The translations under genes were made by a program, and so were the position numbers. The notes under the pieces were generated by a model that ran no database searches, was not told the DNA's origin, and saw nothing but the letters and a program-made list of their open reading frames with translations. From positions 1-63,879 of the forward strand of contig JAUCBJ010004795.1 in assembly GCA_032718475.1 (NCBI GenBank): 63,879 nt of DNA, read 5' to 3'. Positions 25,901 to 41,879 of the stretch are shown one piece after another. Source of the DNA: Nemertoderma westbladi. Its lineage: Eukaryota; Animalia; Xenacoelomorpha. The first letter of the stretch is position 1. Each line of letters begins with the position of its first letter.

Positions 25901-28900
25901 TCTTACATTCCCATCTACATCCTCACATTCCCTTTTGCTTTCTCACATTCCCATTTGCCTACTCACATTACCATTTGCCTTCTCACATTCCCATTTACCT
26001 TCTCACATTCCCATCTACCTTCTCACATTCCCATTTGCCTTCTCACATTCCCATCTACCTTCTCACATTCCCATCTACCTTCTCACATTCCCATTGGCCT
26101 TCTCACATTCCCATCTACCTTCTCATATTCCCATCTACCTTCTCACATTCCCATTTGCCTTCTTACATTCCCATCTACATCCTCACATTCCCATTTGCTT
26201 TATCACATTCCCATTTGCCTACTCACATTACCATTTGCCATCACATTCCCATTTGCCTTCTCACATTCCCATCTACCTTCTCACATTCCCATCTACCCTC
26301 TCACATTCCCATTTGCCTTTTCACATTCCCATCTACCTTCACACATTCCGATTTGCCTTCTCACATTCCCATTTACCTTCTTACATTCCCATCTACCTTC
26401 TCACATTCCCATCTACCTTCTCACATTCCCATCTACCTTCTCACATTGCCATTTACCTTTTCACATTCCCATTTGCCTTCTCACATTCCCATCTACCTTC
26501 TCACATTCCCATTTGCCTTCTCACATTCCATCTACATTCTCACATTCCCATCTACCTTCTCACATTCCCATCTACCTTCTCACATTCGCATTTGCCTTCT
26601 CACATTCCCATCTACCTTCTCACATTCCCATTTGCCTTCTCACATTCCCATCTACCTTCTCACATTCCCATTTGCCTTCTCACATTCCCATCTACCTTCT
26701 CACATTCCGATTTGCCTTCTCACATTCCCATCTACCTTCTCACATTCCCATTTGCCTTCTCACATTCCCATCTACCTTCTCACATTCCGATTTGCCTTCT
26801 CACATTCCCATCTACCTTCTCACATTCCCATCTACCTTCTCACATTCGCATTTGCCTTCTCACATTCCCATCTACCTTCTTACATTCCCATTTGCCTTCT
26901 CACATTCCCATCTACCTTCTCACATTCCCATCTACCTTCTCACATTCCCATTGGCCTTCTCACATTCCCATCTACCTTCTCACATTCCCATCTACCTTCT
27001 CACATTCGCATTTGCCTTCTCACATTCCCATCTACCTTCTCACATTCCCATTTGCCTTCTCACATTCCCATCTACCTTCTCACATTCCCATTTGCCTTCT
27101 CACATTCCCATCTACCTTCTCACATTCCCAATTGCCTTCTCACATTCCCATCTACCTTCTCACATTCCGATTTGCCTTCTCACATTCCCATTTGCCTTCT
27201 CACATTCCCATCTACCTTCTCACATTCCCATTTGCCTTCTCACATTCCCATCTATCTTCTCACATTCCCATTTGCCTTCTCACATTCCCATCTACCTTCT
27301 CACATTCCCATTTGCCTTCTCACATTCCCATCTACCTTCTCACATTCCCATCTACCTTCTCACATTCCCATTGGCCTTCTCACATTCCCATCTACCTTCT
27401 CACATTCCCATCTACCTTCTCACATTCCCATTGGCCTTCTCACATTCCCATCTACCTTCTCACATTCCCATTTGCCTTCTCACATTCCCATCTACCTTCT
27501 CACATTCCCATCTACCTTCTCACATTCCCATTTGCCTTCTCACATTCCCATTTACCTTCTCACATTCCCATCTACCTTCTCACATTCCCATTTGCCTTCT
27601 CACATTCCCATCTACCTTCTCACATTCGCATTTGCCTTCTCACATTCCCATCTACCTTCTCACATTCCCATTTGCCTTCTCACATTCCCATCTACCTTCT
27701 CACATTCCCATTTGCCTTCTCACATTCCCATCTACCTTCTCACATTCCCAATTGCCTTCTCACATTCCCATCTACCTTCTCACATTCCGATTTGCCTTCT
27801 CACATTCCCATTTGCCTTCTCACATTCCCATCTACCTTCTCACATTCCCATTTGCCTTCTCACATTCCCATCTATCTTCTCACATTCCCATTTGCCTTCT
27901 CACATTCCCATCTACCTTCTCACATTCCCATTTGCCTTCTCACATTCCCATCTACCTTCTCACATTCCCATCTACCTTCTCACATTCCCATTGGCCTTCT
28001 CACATTCCCATCTACCTTCTCACATTCCCATCTACCTTCTCACATTCCCATCTACCTTCTCACATTCCGATTTGCCTTCTCACATTCCCATCTACCTTCT
28101 CACATTCCCATCTACCTTCTCACATTTGCATTTGCCTTCTCACATTCCCATCTACCTTCTCACATTCCCATTTGCCTTCTCACATTCCCATCTACCTTCT
28201 CACATTCCCATTTACCTTCTCACATTCCCATCTACCTTCTCACATTCCCATTTGCCTTCTCACATTCCCATCTACCTTCTCACATTCCCATCTACCTTCT
28301 CACATTCCCATTGGCTTTCTCACATTCCCATCTACCTTCTCACATTCCCATCTACCTTCTCACATTCCCATTTGCCTTCTTACATTCCCATCTACATCCT
28401 CACATTCCCATTTGCTTTATCACATTCCCATTTGCCTACTCACATTCCCATTTGCCTTCTCACATTCCCATCTACCTTCTCACATTCCCATTTACCTTCT
28501 CACATTCCCATCTACCTTCTCACATTCCCATTTGCCTTCTCACATTCCCATCTACCTTATCACATTCCCATCTACCTTCTCACATTCCCATTGGCTTTCT
28601 CACATTCCCATCTACCTTCTCACATTCCCATCTACCTTCTCACATTCCCATTTGCCTTCTTACATTCCCATCTACATCCTCACATTCCCATTTGCTTTAT
28701 CACATTCCCATCTACCTTCTCACATTCCCATTTGCCTTCTTACATTCCCATCTACATCCTCACATTCCCTTTTGCTTTCTCACATTCCCATTTGCCTACT
28801 CACTTTACCATTTGCCTTCTCACATTCCCATTTACCTTCTCACATTCCCATCTACCTTCTCACATTCCCATTTGCCTTCTCACATTCCCATCTACCTTCT

Positions 28901-31900
28901 CACATTCCCATCTACCTTCTCACATTCCCATTGGCCTTCTCACATTCCCATCTACCTTCTCATATTCCCATCTACCTTCTCACATTCCCATTTGCCTTCT
29001 TACATTCCCATCTACATCCTCACATTCCCATTTGCTTTATCACATTCCCATTTGCCTACTCACATTACCATTTGCCATCACATTCCCATTTGCCTTCTCA
29101 CATTCCCATCTACCTTCTCACATTCCCATCTACCCTCTCACATTCCCATTTGCCTTTTCACATTCCCATCTACCTTCACACATTCCGATTTGCCTTCTCA
29201 CATTACCATTTACCTTCTTACATTCCCATCTACCTTCTCACATTCCCATCTACCTTCTCACATTCCCATCTACCTTCTCACATTGCCATTTACCTTTTCA
29301 CATTCCCATTTGCCTTCTCACATTCCCATCTACCTTCTCACATTCCCATTTGCCTTCTCACATTCCATATACATTCTCCCATTCCCATCTACCTTCTCAC
29401 ATTCCCATCTACCTTCTCACATTCGCATTTGCCTTCTCACATTCCCATCTACCTTCTCACATTCCCATTTGCCTTCTCACATTCCCATCTACCTTCTCAC
29501 ATTCCCATTTGCCTTCTCACATTCCCATCTACCTTCTCACATTCCGATTTGCCTTCTCACATTCCCATCTACCTTCTCACATTCCCATTCGCCTTCTCAC
29601 ATTCCCATCTACCTTCTCACATTCCGATTTGCCTTCTCACATTCCCATCTACCTTCTCACATTCCCATCTACCTTCTCACATTCGCATTTGCCTTCTCAC
29701 ATTCCCATCTACCTTCTTACATTCCCATTTGCCTTCTCACATTCCCATCTACCTTCTCACATTCCCATCTACCTTCTCACATTCCCATTGGCCTTCTCAC
29801 ATTCCCATCTACCTTCTCACATTCCCATCTACCTTCTCACATTCGCATTTGCCTTCTCACATTCCCATCTACCTTCTCACATTCCCATTTGCCTTCTCAC
29901 ATTCCCATCTACCTTCTCACATTCCCATTTGCCTTCTCACATTCCCATCTACCTTCTCACATTCCCAATTGCCTTCTCACATTCCCATCTACCTTCTCAC
30001 ATTCCGATTTGCCTTCTCACATTCCCATTTGCCTTCTCACATTCCCATCTACCTTCTCACATTCCCATTTGCCTTCTCACATTCCCATCTATCTTCTCAC
30101 ATTCCCATTTGCCTTCTCACATTCCCATCTACCTTCTCACATTCCCATTTGCCTTCTCACATTCCCATCTACCTTCTCACATTCCCATCTACCTTCTCAC
30201 ATTCCCATTGGCCTTCTCACATTCCCATCTACCTTCTCACATTCCCATCTACCTTCTCACATTCCCATTGGCCTTCTCACATTCCCATCTACCTTCTCAC
30301 ATTCCCATTTGCCTTCTCACATTCCCATCTACCTTCTCACATTCCCATCTACCTTCTCACATTCCCATTTGCCTTCTCACATTCCCATTTACCTTCTCAC
30401 ATTCCCATCTACCTTCTCACATTCCCATTTGCCTTCTCACATTCCCATCTACCTTCTCACATTCCCATTTGCCTTCTCACATTCCCATCTACCTTCTCAC
30501 ATTCCGATTTGCCTTCTCACATTCCCATCTACCTTCTCACATTCCCATTGGCCTTGTCACATTCCCATCTACCTTCTCACATTCCCATCTACCCTCTCAC
30601 ATTCCCATCTACCTTCTCACATTCCCATCTACCTTCTCACATTCCCATTTGCCTTCTCACATTCCCATCTACCTTCTCACATTCCCATCTACCTTCTCAC
30701 ATTCCCATTGGCCTTCTCACATTCCCATCTACCTTCTCACATTCCCATTTACCTTCTCACATTCCCATCAACCTTCTCACATTCCCATTGGCCTTCTCAC
30801 ATTCCCATCTACCTTCTCACATTCCCATTTACCTTCTCACATTCCCATCTACCCTCTCACATTCCCATCTACCCTCTCACATTCCCATTGGCCTTCTCAC
30901 ATTCCCATTTACCTTCTCACATTCCCATCTACCTTCTCACATTCCCATTTACCTTCTCACATTCCCATCTACCTTCTCACATTCCCATTTGCCTTCTCAC
31001 ATTCCTATCTACCTTCTCACATTCCCATCTACCTTCTCACATTCCCATTGGCCTTCTCACATTCCCATCTACCTTCTCACATTCCCATTTACCTTCTCAC
31101 ATTCCCATCAACCTTCTCACATTCCCATTGGCCTTCTCACATTCCCATCTACCTTCTCACATTTCCATTTACCTTCTCACATTCCCATCTACCTTCTCAC
31201 ATTCCCATTGGCCTTCTCACATTCCCATCTACCTTCTCACATTCCCATTTACATTCTCACATTCCCATCAACCTTCTCACATTCCCATTGGCCTTCTCAC
31301 ATTCCCATCTACCTTCTCACATTCCCATCTACCTTCTCACATTCCCATTTACCTTCTCACATTCCCATCTACCTTCTCACATTCCCATTTGCCATCTCAC
31401 ATTCCCATCTACCTTCTCACATTCCCATCTACCTTCTCACATTCCCATTGGCCTTCTCACATTCCCATCTACCTTCTCACATTCCCATTTACCTTCTCAC
31501 ATTCCCATCTACCTTCTCACATTCCTATTGGCCTTCTCACATTCCCATCTACCTTCTCAGATTCCCATTTACCTTCTCACATTCCCATATACCTTCTCAC
31601 ATTCCCATCTACCTTCTCACATTCCCATGGGGCTTCTCACATTCCCATGGGGCTTCTCACATTCCCATCTACCTTCTCACATTCCCATTTACCTTCTCAC
31701 AATCCCATATACCTTCTCACATTCCCATTTGCCTTCACATTCCCATTTGCCTTCTCACATTCCAATTTACCTTCTCACATTCCCATCTACCTTCTCACAT
31801 TCCCTTTTGCCTTCTCACATTCCCATCTACATCCTCACATTCCCATTTGCTTTCTGACATTCCCATTTGCCTACTCACAATCCCATCTACCTTCTCACAT

Positions 31901-34900
31901 TCCCATTTGCCTTCTCACATTCCCATCTACCTTCTCACATTCCCATTTGCCTTCTCACATTCCCATCTACCTTCTCACATTCCCAATTGCCTTCTCACAT
32001 TCCCATCTACCTTCTCACATTCCGATTTGCCTTCTCACCTTCCCATTTGCCTTCTCACATTCCCATCTACCTTCTCACATTCCCATTTGCCTTCTCACAT
32101 TCCCATCTATCTTCTCACATTCCCATTTGCCTTCTCACATTCCCATCTACCTTCTCACATTCCCATTTGCCTTCTCACATTCCCATCTACCTTCTCACAT
32201 TCCCATCTACCTTCTCACATTCCCATTGGCCTTCTCACATTCCCATCTACCTTCTCACATTCCCATCTACCTTCTCACATTCCCATTGGCCTTCTCACAT
32301 TCCCATCTACCTTCTCACATTCCCATTTGCCTTCTCACATTCCCATCTACCTTCTCACATTCCCATCTACCTTCTCACATTCCCATTTGCCTTCTCACAT
32401 TCCCATTTACCTTCTCACATTCCCATCTACCTTCTCACATTCCCATTTGCCTTCTCACATTCCCATCTACCTTCTCACATTCCCATCTACCCTCTCACAT
32501 TCCCATTTGCCTTTTCACATTCCCATCTACCTTCACACATTCCGATTTGCCTTCTCACATTCCCATTTACCTTCTTACATTCCCATCTACCTTCTCACAT
32601 TCCCATCTACCTTCTCACATTCCCATCTACCTTCTCACATTGCCATTTACCTTTTCACATTCCCATTTGCCTTCTCACATTCCCATCTACCTTCTCACAT
32701 TCCCATTTGCCTTCTCACATTCCATATACATTCTCCCATTCCCATCTACCTTCTCACATTCCCATCTACCTTCTCACATTCGCATTTGCCTTCTCACATT
32801 CCCATCTACCTTCTCACATTCCCATTTGCCTTCTCACATTCCCATCTACCTTCTCACATTCCCATTTGCCTTCTCACATTCCCATCTACCTTCTCACATT
32901 CCGATTTGCCTTCTCACATTCCCATCTACCTTCTCACATTCCCATTCGCCTTCTCACATTCCCATCTACCTTCTCACATTCCGATTTGCCTTCTCACATT
33001 CCCATCTACCTTCTCACATTCCCATCTACCTTCTCACATTCGCATTTGCCTTCTCACATTCCCATCTACCTTCTTACATTCCCATTTGCCTTCTCACATT
33101 CCCATCTACCTTCTCACATTCCCATCTACCTTCTCACATTCCCATTGGCCTTCTCACATTCCCATCTACCTTCTCACATTCCCATCTACCTTCTCACATT
33201 CGCATTTGCCTTCTCACATTCCCATCTACCTTCTCACATTCCCATTTGCCTTCTCACATTCCCATCTACCTTCTCACATTCCCATTTGCCTTCTCACATT
33301 CCCATCTACCTTCTCACATTCCCAATTGCCTTCTCACATTCCCATCTACCTTCTCACATTCCGATTTGCCTTCTCACATTCCCATTTGCCTTCTCACATT
33401 CCCATCTACCTTCTCACATTCCCATTTGCCTTCTCACATTCCCATCTATCTTCTCACATTCCCATTTGCCTTCTCACATTCCCATCTACCTTCTCACATT
33501 CCCATTTGCCTTCTCACATTCCCATCTACCTTCTCACATTCCCATCTACCTTCTCACATTCCCATTGGCCTTCTCACATTCCCATCTACCTTCTCACATT
33601 CCCATCTACCTTCTCACATTCCCATTGGCCTTCTCACATTCCCATCTACCTTCTCACATTCCCATTTGCCTTCTCACATTCCCATCTACCTTCTCACATT
33701 CCCATCTACCTTCTCACATTCCCATTTGCCTTCTCACATTCCCATTTACCTTCTCACATTCCCATCTACCTTCTCACATTCCCATTTGCCTTCTCACATT
33801 CCCATCTACCTTCTCACATTCCCATTTGCCTTCTCACATTCCCATCTACCTTCTCACATTCCGATTTGCCTTCTCACATTCCCATCTACCTTCTCACATT
33901 CCCATTGGCCTTGTCACATTCCCATCTACCTTCTCACATTCCCATCTACCCTCTCACATTCCCATCTACCTTCTCACATTCCCATCTACCTTCTCACATT
34001 CCCATTTGCCTTCTCACATTCCCATCTACCTTCTCACATTCCCATCTACCTTCTCACATTCCCATTGGCCTTCTCACATTCCCATCTACCTTCTCACATT
34101 CCCATTTACCTTCTCACATTCCCATCAACCTTCTCACATTCCCATTGGCCTTCTCACATTCCCATCTACCTTCTCACATTCCCATTTACCTTCTCACATT
34201 CCCATCTACCCTCTCACATTCCCATCTACCCTCTCACATTCCCATTGGCCTTCTCACATTCCCATTTACCTTCTCACATTCCCATCTACCTTCTCACATT
34301 CCCATTTACCTTCTCACATTCCCATCTACCTTCTCACATTCCCATTTGCCTTCTCACATTCCTATCTACCTTCTCACATTCCCATCTACCTTCTCACATT
34401 CCCATTGGCCTTCTCACATTCCCATCTACCTTCTCACATTCCCATTTACCTTCTCACATTCCCATCAACCTTCTCACATTCCCATTGGCCTTCTCACATT
34501 CCCATCTACCTTCTCACATTTCCATTTACCTTCTCACATTCCCATCTACCTTCTCACATTCCCATTGGCCTTCTCACATTCCCATCTACCTTCTCACATT
34601 CCCATTTACATTCTCACATTCCCATCAACCTTCTCACATTCCCATTGGCCTTCTCACATTCCCATCTACCTTCTCACATTCCCATCTACCTTCTCACATT
34701 CCCATTTACCTTCTCACATTCCCATCTACCTTCTCACATTCCCATTTGCCATCTCACATTCCCATCTACCTTCTCACATTCCCATCTACCTTCTCACATT
34801 CCCATTGGCCTTCTCACATTCCCATCTACCTTCTCACATTCCCATTTACCTTCTCACATTCCCATCTACCTTCTCACATTCCTATTGGCCTTCTCACATT

Positions 34901-37900
34901 CCCATCTACCTTCTCAGATTCCCATTTACCTTCTCACATTCCCATATACCTTCTCACATTCCCATCTACCTTCTCACATTCCCATGGGGCTTCTCACATT
35001 CCCATGGGGCTTCTCACATTCCCATCTACCTTCTCACATTCCCATTTACCTTCTCACAATCCCATATACCTTCTCACATTCCCATTTGCCTTCACATTCC
35101 CATTTGCCTTCTCACATTCCAATTTACCTTCTCACATTCCCATCTACCTTCTCACATTCCCTTTTGCCTTCTCACATTCCCATCTACATCCTCACATTCC
35201 CATTTGCTTTCTGACATTCCCATTTGCCTACTCACAATCCCATCTACCTTCTCACATTCCCATTTGCCTTCTCACATTCCCATCTACCTTCTCACATTCC
35301 CATTTGCCTTCTCACATTCCCATCTACCTTCTCACATTCCCAATTGCCTTCTCACATTCCCATCTACCTTCTCACATTCCGATTTGCCTTCTCACCTTCC
35401 CATTTGCCTTCTCACATTCCCATCTACCTTCTCACATTCCCATTTGCCTTCTCACATTCCCATCTATCTTCTCACATTCCCATTTGCCTTCTCACATTCC
35501 CATCTACCTTCTCACATTCCCATTTGCCTTCTCACATTCCCATCTACCTTCTCACATTCCCATCTACCTTCTCACATTCCCATTGGCCTTCTCACATTCC
35601 CATCTACCTTCTCACATTCCCATCTACCTTCTCACATTCCCATTGGCCTTCTCACATTCCCATCTACCTTCTCACATTCCCATTTGCCTTCTCACATTCC
35701 CATCTACCTTCTCACATTCCCATCTACATCCTCACATTCCCATTTGCTTTCTGACATTCCCATTTGCCTACTCACAATCCCATCTACCTTCTCACATTCC
35801 CATTTGCCTTCTCACATTCCCATCTACCTTCTCACATTCCCATTTGCCTTCTCACATTCCCATCTACCTTCTCACATTCCCAATTGCCTTCTCACATTCC
35901 CATCTACCTTCTCACATTCCGATTTGCCTTCTCACCTTCCCATTTGCCTTCTCACATTCCCATCTACCTTCTCACATTCCCATTTGCCTTCTCACATTCC
36001 CATCTACCTTCTCACATTCCGATTTGCCTTCTCACATTCCCATCTACCTTCTCACATTCCCATTGGCCTTGTCACATTCCCATCTACCTTCTCACATTCC
36101 CATCTACCCTCTCACATTCCCATCTACCTTCTCACATTCCCATCTACCTTCTCACATTCCCATTTGCCTTCTCACATTCCCATCTACCTTCTCACATTCC
36201 CATCTACCTTCTCACATTCCCATTGGCCTTCTCACATTCCCATCTACCTTCTCACATTCCCATTTACCTTCTCACATTCCCATCAACCTTCTCACATTCC
36301 CATTGGCCTTCTCACATTCCCATCTACCTTCTCACATTCCCATTTACCTTCTCACATTCCCATCTACCCTCTCACATTCCCATCTACCCTCTCACATTCC
36401 CATTGGCCTTCTCACATTCCCATTTACCTTCTCACATTCCCATCTACCTTCTCACATTCCCATTTACCTTCTCACATTCCCATCTACCTTCTCACATTCC
36501 CATTTGCCTTCTCACATTCCTATCTACCTTCTCACATTCCCATCTACCTTCTCACATTCCCATTGGCCTTCTCACATTCCCATCTACCTTCTCACATTCC
36601 CATTTACCTTCTCACATTCCCATCAACCTTCTCACATTCCCATTGGCCTTCTCACATTCCCATCTACCTTCTCACATTTCCATTTACCTTCTCACATTCC
36701 CATCTACCTTCTCACATTCCCATTGGCCTTCTCACATTCCCATCTACCTTCTCACATTCCCATTTACATTCTCACATTCCCATCAACCTTCTCACATTCC
36801 CATTGGCCTTCTCACATTCCCATCTACCTTCTCACATTCCCATCTACCTTCTCACATTCCCATTTACCTTCTCACATTCCCATCTACCTTCTCACATTCC
36901 CATTTGCCATCTCACATTCCCATCTACCTTCTCACATTCCCATCTACCTTCTCACATTCCCATTGGCCTTCTCACATTCCCATCTACCTTCTCACATTCC
37001 CATTTACCTTCTCACATTCCCATCTACCTTCTCACATTCCTATTGGCCTTCTCACATTCCCATCTACCTTCTCAGATTCCCATTTACCTTCTCACATTCC
37101 CATATACCTTCTCACATTCCCATCTACCTTCTCACATTCCCATGGGGCTTCTCACATTCCCATGGGGCTTCTCACATTCCCATCTACCTTCTCACATTCC
37201 CATTTACCTTCTCACAATCCCATATACCTTCTCACATTCCCATTTGCCTTCACATTCCCATTTGCCTTCTCACATTCCAATTTACCTTCTCACATTCCCA
37301 TCTACCTTCTCACATTCCCTTTTGCCTTCTCACATTCCCATCTACATCCTCACATTCCCATTTGCTTTCTGACATTCCCATTTGCCTACTCACAATCCCA
37401 TCTACCTTCTCACATTCCCATTTGCCTTCTCACATTCCCATCTACCTTCTCACATTCCCATTTGCCTTCTCACATTCCCATCTACCTTCTCACATTCCCA
37501 ATTGCCTTCTCACATTCCCATCTACCTTCTCACATTCCGATTTGCCTTCTCACCTTCCCATTTGCCTTCTCACATTCCCATCTACCTTCTCACATTCCCA
37601 TTTGCCTTCTCACATTCCCATCTATCTTCTCACATTCCCATTTGCCTTCTCACATTCCCATCTACCTTCTCACATTCCCATTTGCCTTCTCACATTCCCA
37701 TCTACCTTCTCACATTCCCATCTACCTTCTCACATTCCCATTGGCCTTCTCACATTCCCATCTACCTTCTCACATTCCCATCTACCTTCTCACATTCCCA
37801 TTGGCCTTCTCACATTCCCATCTACCTTCTCACATTCCCATTTGCCTTCTCACATTCCCATCTACCTTCTCACATTCCCATCTACCTTCTCACATTCCCA

Positions 37901-39464
37901 TTTGCCTTCTCACATTCCCATTTACCTTCTCACATTCCCATCTACCTTCTCACATTCCCATTTGCCTTCTCACATTCCCATCTACCTTCTCACATTCCCA
38001 TTTGCCTTCTCACATTCCCATCTACCTTCTCACATTCCGATTTGCCTTCTCACATTCCCATCTACCTTCTCACATTCCCATTGGCCTTGTCACATTCCCA
38101 TCTACCTTCTCACATTCCCATCTACCCTCTCACATTCCCATCTACCTTCTCACATTCCCATCTACCTTCTCACATTCCCATTTGCCTTCTCACATTCCCA
38201 TCTACCTTCTCACATTCCCATCTACCTTCTCACATTCCCATTGGCCTTCTCACATTCCCATCTACCTTCTCACATTCCCATTTACCTTCTCACATTCCCA
38301 TCAACCTTCTCACATTCCCATTGGCCTTCTCACATTCCCATCTACCTTCTCACATTCCCATTTACCTTCTCACATTCCCATCTACCCTCTCACATTCCCA
38401 TCTACCCTCTCACATTCCCATTGGCCTTCTCACATTCCCATTTACCTTCTCACATTCCCATCTACCTTCTCACATTCCCATTTACCTTCTCACATTCCCA
38501 TCTACCTTCTCACATTCCCATTTGCCTTCTCACATTCCTATCTACCTTCTCACATTCCCATCTACCTTCTCACATTCCCATTGGCCTTCTCACATTCCCA
38601 TCTACCTTCTCACATTCCCATTTACCTTCTCACATTCCCATCAACCTTCTCACATTCCCATTGGCCTTCTCACATTCCCATCTACCTTCTCACATTTCCA
38701 TTTACCTTCTCACATTCCCATCTACCTTCTCACATTCCCATTGGCCTTCTCACATTCCCATCTACCTTCTCACATTCCCATTTACATTCTCACATTCCCA
38801 TCAACCTTCTCACATTCCCATTGGCCTTCTCACATTCCCATCTACCTTATCACATTCCCATCTACCTTCTCACATTCCCATTTACCTTCTCACATTCCCA
38901 TCTACCTTCTCACATTCCCATTTGCCATCTCACATTCCCATCTACCTTCTCACATTCCCATCTACCTTCTCACATTCCCATTGGCCTTCTCACATTCCCA
39001 TCTACCTTCTCACATTCCCATTTACCTTCTCACATTCCCATCTACCTTCTCACATTCCCATTGGCCTTCTCACATTCCCATCTACCTTCTCACATTCCCA
39101 TTTACCTTCTCACATTCCCATATACCTTCTCACATTCCCATCTACCTTTTCACATTCCCATGGGGCTTCTCACATTCCCATCTACCTTCTCACATTCCCA
39201 TTTACCTTCTCACAATCCCATATACCTTCTCACATTCCCATTTGCCTTCACATTCCCATTTGCCTTCTCACATTCCAATTTACCTTCTCACATTCCCATC
39301 TACCTTCTCACATTCCCTTTTGCCTTCTCACATTCCCATCTACATCCTCACATTCCCATTTGCTTTCTCACATTCCCATTTGCCTACTCACATTACCATG
39401 CCATCACATTCCCATTTGCCTTCTCACATTCCCATCTACCTTCTCACATTCCCATTTGCCTTCT
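22948..39464. repeat. 20-bp tandem array (~825 copies, 16.5 kb) with kb-scale internal duplications
   Basis: Unit cacattcccat(cta/ttg/tgg/tta)ccttct. The three multi-thousand-aa ORFs here are three-frame translations of it. Confidence 0.97.
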
Positions 39465-40771
39465 TTGCCTTTCATTCACATATATTTAAATAATATTAAA
39501 ATGATATTGACAACAAACTTTTTATTGCATAATTTTACAATAATTCTGCAGCAATTTTAAATGAACAATAATTATTGAAACTTTCACTTTCACTGTAAGC
39601 GGTTTCAGCTACTTAGAAAATTAAACATTGCAAATATCCGCTCTAGATTCTTCCAAGTGGGGGGGGGGGGGGGGGGTCTTGATGTAATAAAAATATATCA
39701 TATCCCTCTCCAGTGGAAAAATCGATAGTAATTGATAGCCTTAATTTTAACAAAGTAATCCCCTGCCCCCCCCCCCCCCCACCCCCACCCTGCCCGTCAA
39801 AAATTAATACAGATGAACTGTTGAAATAAATTAAATTAAATATTAAACGTTACTACATGATAGTTACTATGGAATAACACGAAAAAAATACAAATTGCCG
39901 GCTATAGATCACACTAAGTTGCCGGAAACCTACGGAACATTACAAAATGTGCCGTGAACTGTGACATCCACACCATATACCGTAAAGTGTCGTGATGGTA
40001 GCAGCACATTTTACATGTGTGGGTGAGCTCTACAATATTACCATAGGCTATACTATATAAAATCAGAAATACAATGATGTGATTACGATGTGATGAACTA
40101 ATGAATAATAATATAATTAAATTAAAGTTATGATAGTGATGAAAATGATGTTAAAATGTTGTGTTTCATGGCAAATGTACTTGCAGAATGTGTCTCTGAT
40201 AGCGATGGTGCGGAAGACATGGTCAATACGATAGATGATATATTATATATACATATAGAGGTTTTGAATACGTGAATAGGGCACCTAAAAGTACAGTATT
40301 CCAGCATAAATAAACTAAACTAGATTAGTTCCATATAATAAAATGGCCTCCTCGAGGTAAAACATTGTTAACTACGATTAAGTTTACTATGTTTATTATA
40401 CTTCATTTCTTAATTCTTACTTAATTTCTTAATAATATAATTAACCAACTAAATACCCATCATTATATTTTGTATTAGGCCTACCCCCTTGGTGAATGTC
40501 TACAACTTCTTTATTTATTTAGGCATATTAGTATAAGATAACAGATGGAAATATGTTTAACAATATTATGTTTATATTTCACAAGTTCACCTGAGTAATT
40601 AATCACTCAATATGCACTGCACATTACACACTGGTCGATTGTGTAAAGGTTTTTTACGTTTTTCTATATCGAACTACGCGTATGTTCAATATGAACATCT
40701 AGTTGCAAGAGCTATTCATAGCCAGTAGTTGAAAAATATTCAAAAATTCAGTTAGCGTATAAGTACACGAA

Positions 40772-41273
40772 GTGGGGACTTCGCGCAGCACGAAGTTGGC
40801 AGAGCCTTAGCGAATTGACACTGTTAGGGGGTAGGTCAATTTATGCAAATAGTCACGTTGGCCCTCTAGCGGCAGACTGGAGAACTGCAGATGGATTCGC
40901 CTCCTTTGAAAGTCACAGCTAATGGTCTAATACATATCTGCCAAGTTTCAGCTTAAACGGATTAAAAGCAAAGAAATGGGAGGGCATTTAATGTTTAGAC
41001 ATGTGGCCCTCTAGCGGGAGACCATTGCACTGATGGTGTCTGAAAGTCTCTCAAAAATCTCAACTTTTGCTCATATTGATTCTTACAAATTTTCAACTTG
41101 GCAGCTTTAAATCCGACAAAGTTATTAGCATGTCAAAATCGTAACGACGACGACGACGACAACGACGACGACGACGACGACAACGACGACGACGACAACT
41201 ATTTGCATAAATTGACCCACCCCCTAACAGTGTCAATTCGCTAAGGCTCCGCCAACTTCGTGGCTCGCCCCAC
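40772..41273. mobile_element. Non-autonomous foldback element (MITE/Helentron-like) with ~65-bp subterminal inverted repeats and a (GAC)n microsatellite
   Basis: 40789-40853 is inverted at 41198-41262; termini GTGGGG..CCCCAC; the right part recurs at 47810-47946. Confidence 0.8.
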
Positions 41274-41390
41274 AGTTTACTGGGTGTTTATAAAAGATAA
41301 ATTATGTGGAAATTAGAAAAATATATAATATACATAATTCATCAGAAAACAAAATTTATAAAGAACTATAATGATGAAACAATTCAAAGA

Positions 41391-41504
41391 TTAGGAACGA
41401 ATGTAACCCATACACATGGGAGCATTACAATGAAATATAATCATAAGTTAGGAACGAATGTAACCCATACACATGGGAGCATTACAATAAAATATAATCA
41501 TAAG
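41391..41504. repeat. 57-bp tandem duplication
   Basis: ttaggaacgaatgtaacccatacacatgggagcattacaat(g/a)aaatataatcataag twice. Confidence 0.9.
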
Positions 41505-41879
41505 CAACCAAGCACATAAGTTTGAATGTTGGCTATATTTTGGATAAGGTGACTCTGTAAGCGAGAATATAAAAGTTATACATTTCGCCTAAGTTATTTA
41601 TTGACAACAACTATTGCAGTAATTTTCAAGGATGCGGGCGTCATTGGTGAAATTACCTGACAATAATTAGTAAGATTTTCAAACGTAATATTATATGCAG
41701 GTAGATCTACAATCTGCTTGTAAGTAAAATAATATTATTATATAATGTTGTCATGTCATAGTGTAAAATATAAAATATAAAAAACTACACCAAAAATAAA
41801 AATAATTTTGATACATCCCTTAATACCAAAAATAATAATAAACGCCCTTGAATATCGAAATAAATAATTAAATTTAAAT

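Noticed and set aside
18040-39476. Short ORF MKGKEGKWECGGCALLSQLVTIIGLL.. obtained by collapsing both arrays (W-x-C-x2-C looks zinc-finger-like)
   Set aside because: Under 40 aa, lacks the Asn and second Cys pair of RanBP2 fingers, and runs into a LINE fragment.
22894-39560. Giant His/Pro/Ser-rich proteins of 3000-5500 aa
   Set aside because: All three plus frames are open because the G-poor 20-mer lacks stops; frames interchange freely through indels.
41590-41680. Branch-point plus CAG|GT site downstream of the GOLM stop
   Set aside because: No matching donor or meaningful ORF; cannot be distinguished from chance.
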